28,481 nt of DNA, taken from NCBI GenBank assembly GCA_011364975.1, contig RDOE01000044.1:1-28481 (forward strand). Direction: 5' to 3'. The translations under genes were made by a program, and so were the position numbers. Source of the DNA: Promethearchaeota archaeon. Lineage in GTDB: Archaea > Asgardarchaeota > Lokiarchaeia > Sigyniarchaeales > SOKP01. This document shows, one piece after another, positions 1 to 8,842 of this stretch (positions are counted from its first letter, which is position 1; the number at the start of each line of letters is the position of its first letter). The notes beneath the pieces were generated by a model, which saw only the letters and a program-made list of their open reading frames with translations, did no database searches and was not told where the DNA came from.

Positions 1-2
1 CA

Positions 3-470
3 GAGCAATTTTCCCAAATTATTAAATTCTATTCAATGCTACCTTATTGCGCAATATTAAATAATCGAATTCTTTGCCTACATGGCGGAATTCCAGAGGA
101 TATCGAAATTTTAACAAAAATAAAAGGGAAATGTGTGAAAGATATACCTTTATTTTCAAAAGATTTAGCAAGTTCACTGATGCAGATCATATGGAACGAT
201 CCTAAAGAGGGATTGAAAAGATTTTCTGAAAGTTATCGCGGTCCTGGTATAAAATTTTTTGGAGAAGATGCGTTTAATCAATTTATGGAGAGATATCACC
301 TAAAATATTTAATAAGGGCCCATGAAGTATTTGAAGAGGGCTTTAAATGGTTTTTCAATAAGCGATTACTTTCTATTTTTAGTTCTGCAAATTATAGCGG
401 ATATTTCTCTCCCAATCCTGCTTCTTATGCAGTAATTAAGGATAATCATGTGGTTCCAAAGTTACTCTAA
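3..470 (+). CDS. PPP-family Ser/Thr protein phosphatase (PP1/PP2A-like), 5'-truncated by the window edge
   Basis: Frame is open from base 3 (EQFSQIIKFYSMLPYCA...), so ATG36 is internal. C-terminal PPP motifs: LP..A.....ILCLHGG, IIWNDP, RGPG..FG, LIRAHE, LLSIFSSANY. Confidence 0.9.
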   Translation, partial: EQFSQIIKFYSMLPYCAILNNRILCLHGGIPEDIEILTKIKGKCVKDIPLFSKDLASSLMQIIWNDPKEGLKRFSESYRGPGIKFFGEDAFNQFMERYHLKYLIRAHEVFEEGFKWFFNKRLLSIFSSANYSGYFSPNPASYAVIKDNHVVPKLL

Positions 471-473
471 TGA

Positions 474-917
474 TTAAAATGCTAATTCAGGAAATCTTTC
501 TATAATTTCAGGATATTTTTTAATTTCTTCTTTCCAGCGATCATATTTATCTAAATCCAGCGTAAGCTTTTGAGTAATAATAGTATTAAGAGTTGGCACA
601 TATATAAACGCAGAGATCTGTTTTCCACTTTTCAAGGTTATATATGTTTCTTGTCGTTCAAACAAATTTTGAGGTACACCTTCATATTGGTCTAGTTCTT
701 CCAATTCTTCTAAACTTATATCAAATTTTAATGCCCAAAATGATTTATCAGAAGGTATTGCGTAAGGAAACCAATTATTTGGGGGTTGGATTCTAGAAAA
801 GTGCTTTACTAAGCAAACTTCTATATTTGGTTTTCCTTTCCATAATCTTCGAGTTATAAAGGTACCATAACCTATAACTGATACAAACGATGAGGCTTTA
901 TTAGGTATAATGTTCAA
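474..917 (-). CDS. Gamma-glutamylcyclotransferase (GGCT/AIG2-like) family protein
   Basis: N-terminal VIGYGT (YGS/T motif), LEELDQYEG with catalytic Glu, F.R....I.......AFIYV. Confidence 0.8.
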   Translation of the reverse strand: MNIIPNKASSFVSVIGYGTFITRRLWKGKPNIEVCLVKHFSRIQPPNNWFPYAIPSDKSFWALKFDISLEELEELDQYEGVPQNLFERQETYITLKSGKQISAFIYVPTLNTIITQKLTLDLDKYDRWKEEIKKYPEIIERFPELAF

Positions 918-929
918 TTTTTACTCTTT

Positions 930-1184
930 TTACATTATCTGAGAAGCATCGGGTTTTATAAAAAGAAGATTATTACCTCGAATAAAGATCTCATTATACT
1001 TAGCAACTGGAGAACCATCCATAATTTCTGTGGCATCTTCCAAAATCATATTCATGTAAGCATCTATCTCTTTTAAGAGCCCTCGATATTCGGTGCCATC
1101 TTTTAATCTCAAGATAATGGTAGACCCCATAGCGTTTTGTAAAATGGTTAAGGGATTTTTAGATTTATTATTCTGACTTGACAT
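930..1184 (-). CDS. Sm/Lsm-like archaeal RNA-binding protein (SmAP)
   Basis: Sm1 motif (LKDG.EYRG.L...DAYMNMIL.DA.E) and Sm2 motif (IFIRGNN). Confidence 0.95.
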   Translation of the reverse strand: MSSQNNKSKNPLTILQNAMGSTIILRLKDGTEYRGLLKEIDAYMNMILEDATEIMDGSPVAKYNEIFIRGNNLLFIKPDASQIM

Positions 1185-1302
1185 ATTTAAAACTTTATCA
1201 AAAATACAATTTTATTATAATTATTAAAAAGATATTTAGAAGAAAAACTTTTTTGAATTAAAACCTTTTTATTCAAAGGCTTCAGAATTATAGGGATACA
1301 TA

Positions 1303-1920
1303 TTGCAACCTTTTGATCATCATTCTAATAAAAAGCGAGATATTATTAAACGATATAATTCAACATCAGTCCACTATAATAATAGATATGCTAAAATTCA
1401 AAATCAAAAATACGATTACTTTATAAAATATATACCAATTGGTTCAAAAATAATTTTGGATGCAGGTTCTGGAACTGGACTTCTAATGCCTTATCTGCTT
1501 AAAATGATTAATCCCTCGAGGTTAAAACCCTTTTTTTATGTTGGTATTGATATCTCTCTAAACATGTTGAAGATTGCAAAGAAGAAATCATTTGAAATCG
1601 AGGAAAATGAGAAGTTTGCTCTAATCCTCGCTGATTTAGAAAATATGCCAATACGAAATGAATCGTTTAATAGTATTTTCTCAATTACGAGTCTTCAGAA
1701 CCTTCATGATATGGAAAAAGGAATTAAGGAGATAATTAGAACCTCTAAAATCGATTCGGTATTATTAATTTCTGTACTAAAGAAAACTGTAAATCAGGAA
1801 AAGATTATTTCAATCTTACACCCATATTGTAATGAGCTAAAAGTAATGGATAACCGTGATATTGAAGATTATTTAATTAGTGGGAAAATAGTTAAAAAGC
1901 TTAGTAATCATTATTTATAA
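1303..1920 (+). CDS. Class I SAM-dependent methyltransferase
   Basis: Motif I ILDAGSGTG, VGIDIS..ML, ADLENMP...SF..IFSITSLQ. TTG start. 3' end overlaps the convergent rio2 end. Confidence 0.9.
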   Translation: MQPFDHHSNKKRDIIKRYNSTSVHYNNRYAKIQNQKYDYFIKYIPIGSKIILDAGSGTGLLMPYLLKMINPSRLKPFFYVGIDISLNMLKIAKKKSFEIEENEKFALILADLENMPIRNESFNSIFSITSLQNLHDMEKGIKEIIRTSKIDSVLLISVLKKTVNQEKIISILHPYCNELKVMDNRDIEDYLISGKIVKKLSNHYL

Positions 1921-2789
1921 AATGATTGAATTATTTTAGAAGGGTTGCTCTCAACGTTATATTTTTTTCTGAAATAATTACTTACATTAACAATATCTCT
2001 TTCCAAGAGAGCTCGCGCATTAGGATGCGTACTAGAGACCCATTGTAGCCAGTCGATAATAAGGATATTTCCTTTTTCATCAACAACAATATTAAATTCA
2101 CCTAAATCACCATGAATCATATTTGCTTTTCGAAATATAATCTTTACTTCTTTGATGATTCTATTGAAAATTTTAGCGGGGTTCTCGATATACTGATAAT
2201 AAGCTAATTCCTTACCTCGTAAATAGGACATCATTATCATATGCCGATTGACAGCTACTGGTTTGGGAGTGTTTAGCTTGAGGTGATACAATTTTTTTAG
2301 GGCTCTAAATTCTTTTCTTGCGGCAAGCCTATTGGCATATAACCACGAAAAATGAGAGCGTTCTCCTAGAAAACTCCTCGTGCGTTTAATATTTTTGAAG
2401 CTTGTTCTTCCAATTCTATACACTTTCAAAGCATAAATATGTTCCTCATCATCCATACAACTATAAACATCCGACTCCTTTCCTTTGCCAATTAGAGGTC
2501 CAAGTTGGCTTATTTTATTCTTCTCTACTAACGCATGAAGGGCTAACATATCATAACCTTTTGAATTTAGGGTATAAGCAATTTCATTCTGAGAAGAATC
2601 TCGTATAGTTAAATCTAATTTATGGACTTTCTTTAAGCGGAATAGTGTCTCTTCCATGGGATACCGGGAATAAAATCGTATATTACTAATCGTAACATAC
2701 TCCGATCTTCTCATCCCAATTTCAATTGCCATTAGTATCCGGATATCTTCCTTCTCCAAATCTCTTAATATTTTTGCTGATTCCGTCAT
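1911..2789 (-). CDS. rio2: RIO2-type atypical Ser/Thr kinase (small-subunit biogenesis)
   Basis: N-terminal winged helix (RILMAIEIGMR...Y.L...GYD.LAL), G.GKESDVY, K..R.GRTSF, A.KEF.AL, HGDLGEFNI, IIDWLQ. Confidence 0.93.
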   Translation of the reverse strand: MTESAKILRDLEKEDIRILMAIEIGMRRSEYVTISNIRFYSRYPMEETLFRLKKVHKLDLTIRDSSQNEIAYTLNSKGYDMLALHALVEKNKISQLGPLIGKGKESDVYSCMDDEEHIYALKVYRIGRTSFKNIKRTRSFLGERSHFSWLYANRLAARKEFRALKKLYHLKLNTPKPVAVNRHMIMMSYLRGKELAYYQYIENPAKIFNRIIKEVKIIFRKANMIHGDLGEFNIVVDEKGNILIIDWLQWVSSTHPNARALLERDIVNVSNYFRKKYNVESNPSKIIQSFYK

Positions 2790-2896
2790 TTTGATATATT
2801 TTTATTGATAAGGAACTTAAGTTACTATTCTAAAAAATAATTTGGTACTAATTTAACATTTTGGATTAATATAGGTAGAGTTTTATATAAATTAAA

Positions 2897-3682
2897 CTAA
2901 AAAATGAATTTCTTATAGATTTTAATAAAGGATCTAAGTTTAAGGATATTAGGAATTTCAAAAATTGTTATACTTCCTGCAATTAAACTAAAAAAGAGAA
3001 GTAGATCATAACTACTTATTAAATACCTTGATTGGGTGGATCCTTCTTGAAATGCAAATATAAAGATTCCTTGCTGTAAATATAGTGCTATCCCGATGCA
3101 AATTAAAAGTCCAACAGTGGAATATATAATAACTTGATATTCTTGTTCGAGAACGCCAATTAAAATAGAGATACAAAATGAAAAAATGGTTATAATGATT
3201 AAAATTATGGAAAGAGCTAACCAATAATCGTAATATTCTGCCATGACAATAAAATTAATGCCAGAGGGCCCCCAACTTAAGAAGGAGGCTAAATTTATTA
3301 AGGATATTAAAGGTAAAATAATACTTATTAAGAGAGAAAAGAAATATAATCGTATAGAAATAAATCGAGATAAGCTATATTTTGAAAACTCATCCTCTTG
3401 AGTTACTCCTTGTAGTAGTTGATCTAATTTTTCTTTAACCTTAATAGGGAATTTTTTTTCTGAAAGTTCAATCCTTAATTCTAAAAGGGGGTCCTGTTTC
3501 ATTAGTAGTTCAATTGCGTTAATGCCCCTTCTGAATTTCTCCTTAGAGCTTCTAGGACCCTTCCATAGGTGAATTACTCGTTCTTCTTCATCCAAGATAG
3601 CACATAAGTCATGATTCAGAATTGCTATATTTTCTTCTATCCAATTATTCTCCCTTTCATTAAAAATATAAGTTCTTAGCAT
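2897..3682 (-). CDS. Membrane protein: N-terminal gelsolin-like domain plus four predicted TM helices
   Basis: LNHDLCAILDEEERVIHLWKGPRSS.EK...G..A..L fits the gelsolin-repeat pattern (L...D..ILD....I..W.G..S). Four hydrophobic stretches from about aa 110 to 247, then a basic tail. Confidence 0.6.
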   Translation of the reverse strand: MLRTYIFNERENNWIEENIAILNHDLCAILDEEERVIHLWKGPRSSKEKFRRGINAIELLMKQDPLLELRIELSEKKFPIKVKEKLDQLLQGVTQEDEFSKYSLSRFISIRLYFFSLLISIILPLISLINLASFLSWGPSGINFIVMAEYYDYWLALSIILIIITIFSFCISILIGVLEQEYQVIIYSTVGLLICIGIALYLQQGIFIFAFQEGSTQSRYLISSYDLLLFFSLIAGSITIFEIPNILKLRSFIKIYKKFIF

Positions 3683-3807
3683 AACGTAATAATAATTTCT
3701 AATTTATTGTGCTTTTATTTTTTTCATTTAAAATTGATCGGTATATTAGATACTTACATTAGATTAAGCATTTTTATTAAAATAAATGAAGAAATATTAA
3801 ATGCAAA

Positions 3808-4707
3808 TTATTCTTTCTCAATTCTTTGTTCAATTTCTGCCCATAGCGCCTTAATGTAATCCTTATATTGCACTATTTCTTCAGTTTTGACATTTTTAAA
3901 TCGTTTTTGAGATTTTATATAGTCTTCAATAGGCTTTCGCTTTGATGCATCTAAAAATCGTTTACTATCTTTTGATAAGATAAATTTTCCTTCATTAACT
4001 TCATAAAGAGGCCAAAAGCCCGTCTGGACAGCTAGTCTTCCAATCTCTATGGAATCTTTTGGATCATATCCCCACCCAGGGGGGCATGGTGCTAAAATAT
4101 GGATATATTTAGGACCATATATTTCCTTAGCGGTTTGAAATTTTTCATATAAATCTAAGGGATAAGAAGAAATGGCAGTTGCTACATAAGGTATCCCATG
4201 CGCTTCTAAGATTTTAGCCATGTTTTTCTTATATCCTGTTTTACCGCCAGGGGTGGTGGTAGTAAATACTCCAGGAGGAGTACTTCCACTTCTTTGAACT
4301 CCAGTATTCATGTATGCTTCATTATCATAGCATGCAAAAATAAAATCTGTACCCCGTTCTACCGCCCCACTCAAAGCTTGAATCCCTATATCAACAGTAC
4401 CCCCATCTCCTGCAAAAGCAACCACGTTTATATCTTCAGCAAGCCCTTTATCCTCTAGTGAGGCCAAAATTCCAGAAGCAGAGGCTCCAGTTGTGGCAAA
4501 AGGGGTGTGAAGTACAGATACCTTAGTTGTACAAAATCCTTGCATTCCATGCAGCACTGTTAAGCAAGAGGCTGGAACAGTAATTATAGTATTTGAGCCA
4601 AGTGCCTTTAAAGCTATTCGGTATATTAATGCCATTGAACAACCCGCACAAGCTCTAGTTCCGGGGTAAATAAATTCTTCTTCAGGCAGATCCATTACTT
4701 TTACCAA
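3808..4707 (-). CDS. porB: 2-oxoacid (pyruvate/ketoisovalerate-type):ferredoxin oxidoreductase beta subunit
   Basis: ACAGC, PASC, TPP-binding GDGG...DNEAYMNTG, and PCP. Substrate specificity cannot be determined. Confidence 0.92.
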   Translation of the reverse strand: MVKVMDLPEEEFIYPGTRACAGCSMALIYRIALKALGSNTIITVPASCLTVLHGMQGFCTTKVSVLHTPFATTGASASGILASLEDKGLAEDINVVAFAGDGGTVDIGIQALSGAVERGTDFIFACYDNEAYMNTGVQRSGSTPPGVFTTTTPGGKTGYKKNMAKILEAHGIPYVATAISSYPLDLYEKFQTAKEIYGPKYIHILAPCPPGWGYDPKDSIEIGRLAVQTGFWPLYEVNEGKFILSKDSKRFLDASKRKPIEDYIKSQKRFKNVKTEEIVQYKDYIKALWAEIEQRIEKE

Positions 4708-4713
4708 TTTTTA

Positions 4714-6009
4714 TCACGCTTCTTTATAAAATTCTTCTTCATCATAATTTTTAAGTTCATTTAATCTTAAGCCGATAAATTCAGTAGTATGTGAAATAAT
4801 ACCAGATTTTTCTTGTTCAATAGCTTTTTGCACACCTTGGATGATATCTTCGGTTTTTACGTCTCGTCCTCCTAATCCCACAATAAAACCTTTGATATAA
4901 GGAGATTTCTTTAACCCATATAACGCGGACTTTAATTCGTAGGAAAGTACTCCCTCGTAACCATATCCAATATCCCTATCGAATATTACTATAAGACGTT
5001 TATCTTTGAAGAGATCTTTTAATATATCTGCAGGATATGGTCGAAATGTTTTTAAACTCACCAAGCCTACTTTTAATCCATCTTTACGCATCTTTTTTAG
5101 AGCAACTCTTGCTTGGGAAGCAATAGAGCCCATTGCATAGATAATTACATCCGCATCATCTATTTGAATTGCTTTGTAGATTCCATTCCCATAACTTCTT
5201 CCAAATTTCTCAGCAAACTCATCATGTACCTCTTTTATTATATCAATAGAATTTTCAAGTGCTTTTTGTAACGCATATCTATATTCGAAATATCCAGGTG
5301 CAGTACCTTCTTGTCCTCTATCTCTAACATGAGGTGTTGTTACGGGATCAATTCCCTTTATGGTAGAAAGATCCGATAAATTAATATGATGCTTTAATGG
5401 GGGTAAAAAGTTATCTATATGTTCTTGATTCTCTAAAATAACAGGCATCATAGTATGAGAAAGAATGTATCCATCATACCCAACAATAGTGGGAATAAAT
5501 ACTCGAGGATCTTCTGCAATTTTGAACGCTTGAATATTAGTATCATAAATTTCTTGATTAGTTTCACACATTAACTGAATCCAACCCACATCTCTAATGG
5601 TAATGAAATCAGAATGATCTGTCCATACAGACCAAGGTGCTCCGAGTGATCTTGTTGCCAAGTTAATCACAATCGGCAATCTATTACCTGCAGCCCAAGG
5701 TAGCATTTCATACATCAACATTAACCCATGAGAGGCCGTAGCAGTTCCGACTCTAGATCCCGTTGCAGAGGCTGCACAACAAACCGCTAACGCAGAATGT
5801 TCAGATTCAACTTTAACGAATTTAGTGTTCATTTCACCATTATCAATAAACTCAGCAATCTTTTCTACAACAGGGCTTTGTGGAGTTATAGGATATGCTG
5901 AAACTACCCCTACTCTTGCTTGTTTAAAAGCATAAGCTGCAGCATGATTTCCTGTTAAAATCATCATCTTTTGTTGGGCATTTCCTTTTATAGGTAATGT
6001 TTGTGTCAT
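4714..6009 (-). CDS. porA: 2-oxoacid:ferredoxin oxidoreductase alpha subunit
   Basis: GNHAAA, AYPITPQ, VESEHSA, TATASHGL, FRPYP, GLGGRD. Coupled to porD through an ATGA overlap. Confidence 0.93.
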   Translation of the reverse strand: MTQTLPIKGNAQQKMMILTGNHAAAYAFKQARVGVVSAYPITPQSPVVEKIAEFIDNGEMNTKFVKVESEHSALAVCCAASATGSRVGTATASHGLMLMYEMLPWAAGNRLPIVINLATRSLGAPWSVWTDHSDFITIRDVGWIQLMCETNQEIYDTNIQAFKIAEDPRVFIPTIVGYDGYILSHTMMPVILENQEHIDNFLPPLKHHINLSDLSTIKGIDPVTTPHVRDRGQEGTAPGYFEYRYALQKALENSIDIIKEVHDEFAEKFGRSYGNGIYKAIQIDDADVIIYAMGSIASQARVALKKMRKDGLKVGLVSLKTFRPYPADILKDLFKDKRLIVIFDRDIGYGYEGVLSYELKSALYGLKKSPYIKGFIVGLGGRDVKTEDIIQGVQKAIEQEKSGIISHTTEFIGLRLNELKNYDEEEFYKEA

Positions 6010-6314
6010 TCAATTTTCACCTCTTCCATCGTGATGGCTTTAACGGGACACTCTTCCATGCAAATACCACATCCTTTACAATAATCCAAATCAATTTCAG
6101 GAGGAATGGTTCTTGAAATAACTGCTTCAGGGCAAAATAGCCAACAATTATAGCAACTTGGCTTTCCAGATTTTACAGGTATACATTTATCTAAATCAAT
6201 GATTGGTTTTTTCGCGCTCCAGGTACCCGTTTTTCCAGCTTCTCCTTTAACAGGTTTTTGGACAGATCCCAAAATTTTCTGATAATCTTTCTTTGTATCG
6301 GTCATTAATATCAC
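6006..6314 (-). CDS. porD: 2-oxoacid:ferredoxin oxidoreductase delta subunit (2x[4Fe-4S] ferredoxin-like)
   Basis: KTGTW...KP.ID, C-X9-C-X2-C-X3-CP, and DYCKGCGICMEECP..AI.M. True start may be ATG at 6305. Confidence 0.92.
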   Translation of the reverse strand: MILMTDTKKDYQKILGSVQKPVKGEAGKTGTWSAKKPIIDLDKCIPVKSGKPSCYNCWLFCPEAVISRTIPPEIDLDYCKGCGICMEECPVKAITMEEVKIE

Positions 6315-6416
6315 ATAAATAAATGAATATAAGCCAATATAAAAAGTAATTATTATTGAAATAAATTTCTTGTTGTTAATAAAAATAAGAAATTGACTCT
6401 AAGCGTCTTCCATTTT

Positions 6417-6497
6417 CTTTTCAAAAAGCATTACTAAATTTTTTTTACATTCCATCCCGCAAATCGAAATATGATAAACAGACTGCTTTTTGAAAAG
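6417..6497. repeat. Perfect 14-bp inverted repeat with 53-nt spacer
   Basis: CTTTTCAAAAAGCA (6417-6430) is the exact reverse complement of TGCTTTTTGAAAAG (6484-6497). It lies in the divergent porD/histidine-kinase intergenic region. Confidence 0.8.
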
Positions 6498-6569
6498 TAA
6501 AGAGTTATATATTTTACATTTTCATTATCTCTTTAGTGAAATATTCTAAGGGATGGTGATTACATTAAA

Positions 6570-8822
6570 TTGAGTGTTCCACCAGAATATAATCGAGAAG
6601 CAATTCGAACTAAGTTTAAAGATTTGTTTGAACATTCATTAGATTTAATTTATATAAATGATTTCAATGGAAACTTCCTCGATGCTAATGAAATAACCCT
6701 ACTTACCTTAGGTTATGAACAAGAAGAAATCGCAAATTTATCCTTTATTGATTTACTCGATAAAGAGGATTTAACTAAAGCATGGAAAGTTACCAAAGAG
6801 ATTAGAAAAATAGGGAAACAGACATCTCGTAGTGAATACAAAATCAAAACAAAAAATGGAGAATATCTACACGTTGAAACTTATGGTATCCCATTAAAGC
6901 AAGACGGAAAAATATATGCTGTCCTAGGAATTGGAAAAAATATTACTGAACTTAAAAAGTCTGAATTAAAAGTAAAAGAATCCGAACATCTATTTAAAGC
7001 TCTTTTCAAAGAAGGCCCAATCCCAGCATATATCTGGAAATTTGTAGCTGACGATTTTATTTTAATGGATTATAATAATGCAGCAGATAAGTTTACTAGC
7101 GGAGGAATAAAGTCATTTATAGGAATGAGAGCTTCAAAGATGTACTCAAATCGTCCAGACATTATTGAAGATTTGAGTTTATGCGTAAAAAAAAAAGCGC
7201 AAATAACCAAAGAAATGAAATATCAATTTGAGTTATCAAAGGAAGATAAATACCTATCGGTAAATTATGGTTTTGTGGATCCAGATCTAATTATTGTTAG
7301 TACAGAGGATATAACGGAAAGGAAGGAAGCAGAAGTCAAGTTAAAAGAATCAGAGTTAAAGTATAGAAATATGATTAAAAATTTGGATGTTGGTTTTTAT
7401 CAGGTCACCTTAGATGGCCGAATGATTAACCATAATCCCGCTCATAATCGTATATTGAATTATGACAATTCAGAAAGCTTGATTGGCAAGAATGTCACTG
7501 ATTTTTGGCAAGTCCCTGAACAACGCCACCAATATGTTGAACAGTTAATGCGAGATAAATATGCTAAAAATTATATATGCCCTGCTTTAACAAAAGATGG
7601 AAAGAAAGTTGTTGTCCAGTTGAATTCACATCTAATGTACGATCAAAAAGGAAACCCCTCTGGTGTGGAGGGAACTTTTATTGATATTACCGAAAAATTT
7701 AATTTAGAGGAAAAATTACGAGAATCTGAAAGGAAATACCGGTATTTATATGAAAATACTCCATTTTCAATAATTCTGATTAATTCAAAAGGATTTGTAA
7801 TAGATGTAAATCCAAGTTTTGAAAACGTATTTGGATTTGCGAAAGATGAGGTAATTGGGAAAAAATTTATGGAGGTTTCTGTTATTCATCCCGAATTTGT
7901 GCCTACAGTTATTTCACTTTTTGAAAGATTCTTGAAGGGAGAAAAACTCCATCGTATCGATATTAAAATGCTTAGAAAGGATGGTACGGTTTTTTGGACA
8001 AACCTTCAAGCAGCACTAATGAGAATGGGTAATGAAGTATACATTCAAGCAATTTTGAGTGACATTACACCCCGAAAAGAAGCGGAATTTCTAAAAGAAC
8101 AGGAATTAGAAAAACTCAAAGAATTAGATCAGATACGAAAAAATTTAATCTCCAGAGTATCGCATGAATTGAAAACGCCTTTAGTCTCAGTGAATGGAGG
8201 CTGTGAACTTCTTTTGAGTATATATAATGATCATCTTAATCAGGAAGAATTAGAAATTATTGAATTAATTGAAAAAGGTGGTAAACGTTTAAGGTATTTA
8301 GTGGAAAGTTTAACGGATGTATCAAGGATTGAATTCAGTAAATTTGAATTAGTAAAAAAGAACCATAACTTGACTGAGATTATAAGGGATGTAGCAAAAG
8401 AATTAATGTATTCAATTAGAGAAAGAAAATTGAACCTTAGTTTAATGCTTCCAGAAGAATTAATCATTAGAGTTGATCGCATCAGAATAGAACAAGTTAT
8501 CATGAATCTTTTATCAAATGCTATTAAAAATACAGCTCCAAATGGAGATATCACCATAACTTTATATAAAGATAACGAATACGCACTAATTTCAATTGAA
8601 GATACTGGAATTGGACTTACTGAAAATGAAATGAAATTGTTATTTACGAGATTTGGAAAAATAGAGAGGTATGGGAAGGGTTTTGAATATATTAATATTC
8701 AAGGTTCAGGATTAGGCCTTTTTATCTCAAAAGAAATAGTAGATTTACATGAGGGGATGATTCGAGCGGAATCTGAGGGTAGAAATAAGGGTAGTAAATT
8801 TGTTGTAAAATTACCTTTATAG
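6570..8822 (+). CDS. Cytoplasmic sensor histidine kinase with four PAS domains, HisKA and HATPase_c
   Basis: Four PAS/PAC units ending in NITE, DITE, DITE and DITP. H-box SHELKTPL, N-box NLLSNAIK, G1 DTGIG, G2 GSGLGL. No TM segment seen. Confidence 0.95.
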   Translation: MSVPPEYNREAIRTKFKDLFEHSLDLIYINDFNGNFLDANEITLLTLGYEQEEIANLSFIDLLDKEDLTKAWKVTKEIRKIGKQTSRSEYKIKTKNGEYLHVETYGIPLKQDGKIYAVLGIGKNITELKKSELKVKESEHLFKALFKEGPIPAYIWKFVADDFILMDYNNAADKFTSGGIKSFIGMRASKMYSNRPDIIEDLSLCVKKKAQITKEMKYQFELSKEDKYLSVNYGFVDPDLIIVSTEDITERKEAEVKLKESELKYRNMIKNLDVGFYQVTLDGRMINHNPAHNRILNYDNSESLIGKNVTDFWQVPEQRHQYVEQLMRDKYAKNYICPALTKDGKKVVVQLNSHLMYDQKGNPSGVEGTFIDITEKFNLEEKLRESERKYRYLYENTPFSIILINSKGFVIDVNPSFENVFGFAKDEVIGKKFMEVSVIHPEFVPTVISLFERFLKGEKLHRIDIKMLRKDGTVFWTNLQAALMRMGNEVYIQAILSDITPRKEAEFLKEQELEKLKELDQIRKNLISRVSHELKTPLVSVNGGCELLLSIYNDHLNQEELEIIELIEKGGKRLRYLVESLTDVSRIEFSKFELVKKNHNLTEIIRDVAKELMYSIRERKLNLSLMLPEELIIRVDRIRIEQVIMNLLSNAIKNTAPNGDITITLYKDNEYALISIEDTGIGLTENEMKLLFTRFGKIERYGKGFEYINIQGSGLGLFISKEIVDLHEGMIRAESEGRNKGSKFVVKLPL

Positions 8823-8842
8823 TTTAAGCAGGTAAAGTAATG

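Noticed and set aside
2402-3224. Alternative-frame ORFs 2402..2608 (+) and 3012..3224 (-)
   Set aside because: Fully inside rio2 and the gelsolin-TM gene, with no recognisable motifs; shadow ORFs.
7187-7196. A10 homopolymer in the histidine kinase as a phase-variation tract
   Set aside because: The frame is intact, and long A/T runs are common throughout this AT-rich, Lys-rich sequence.
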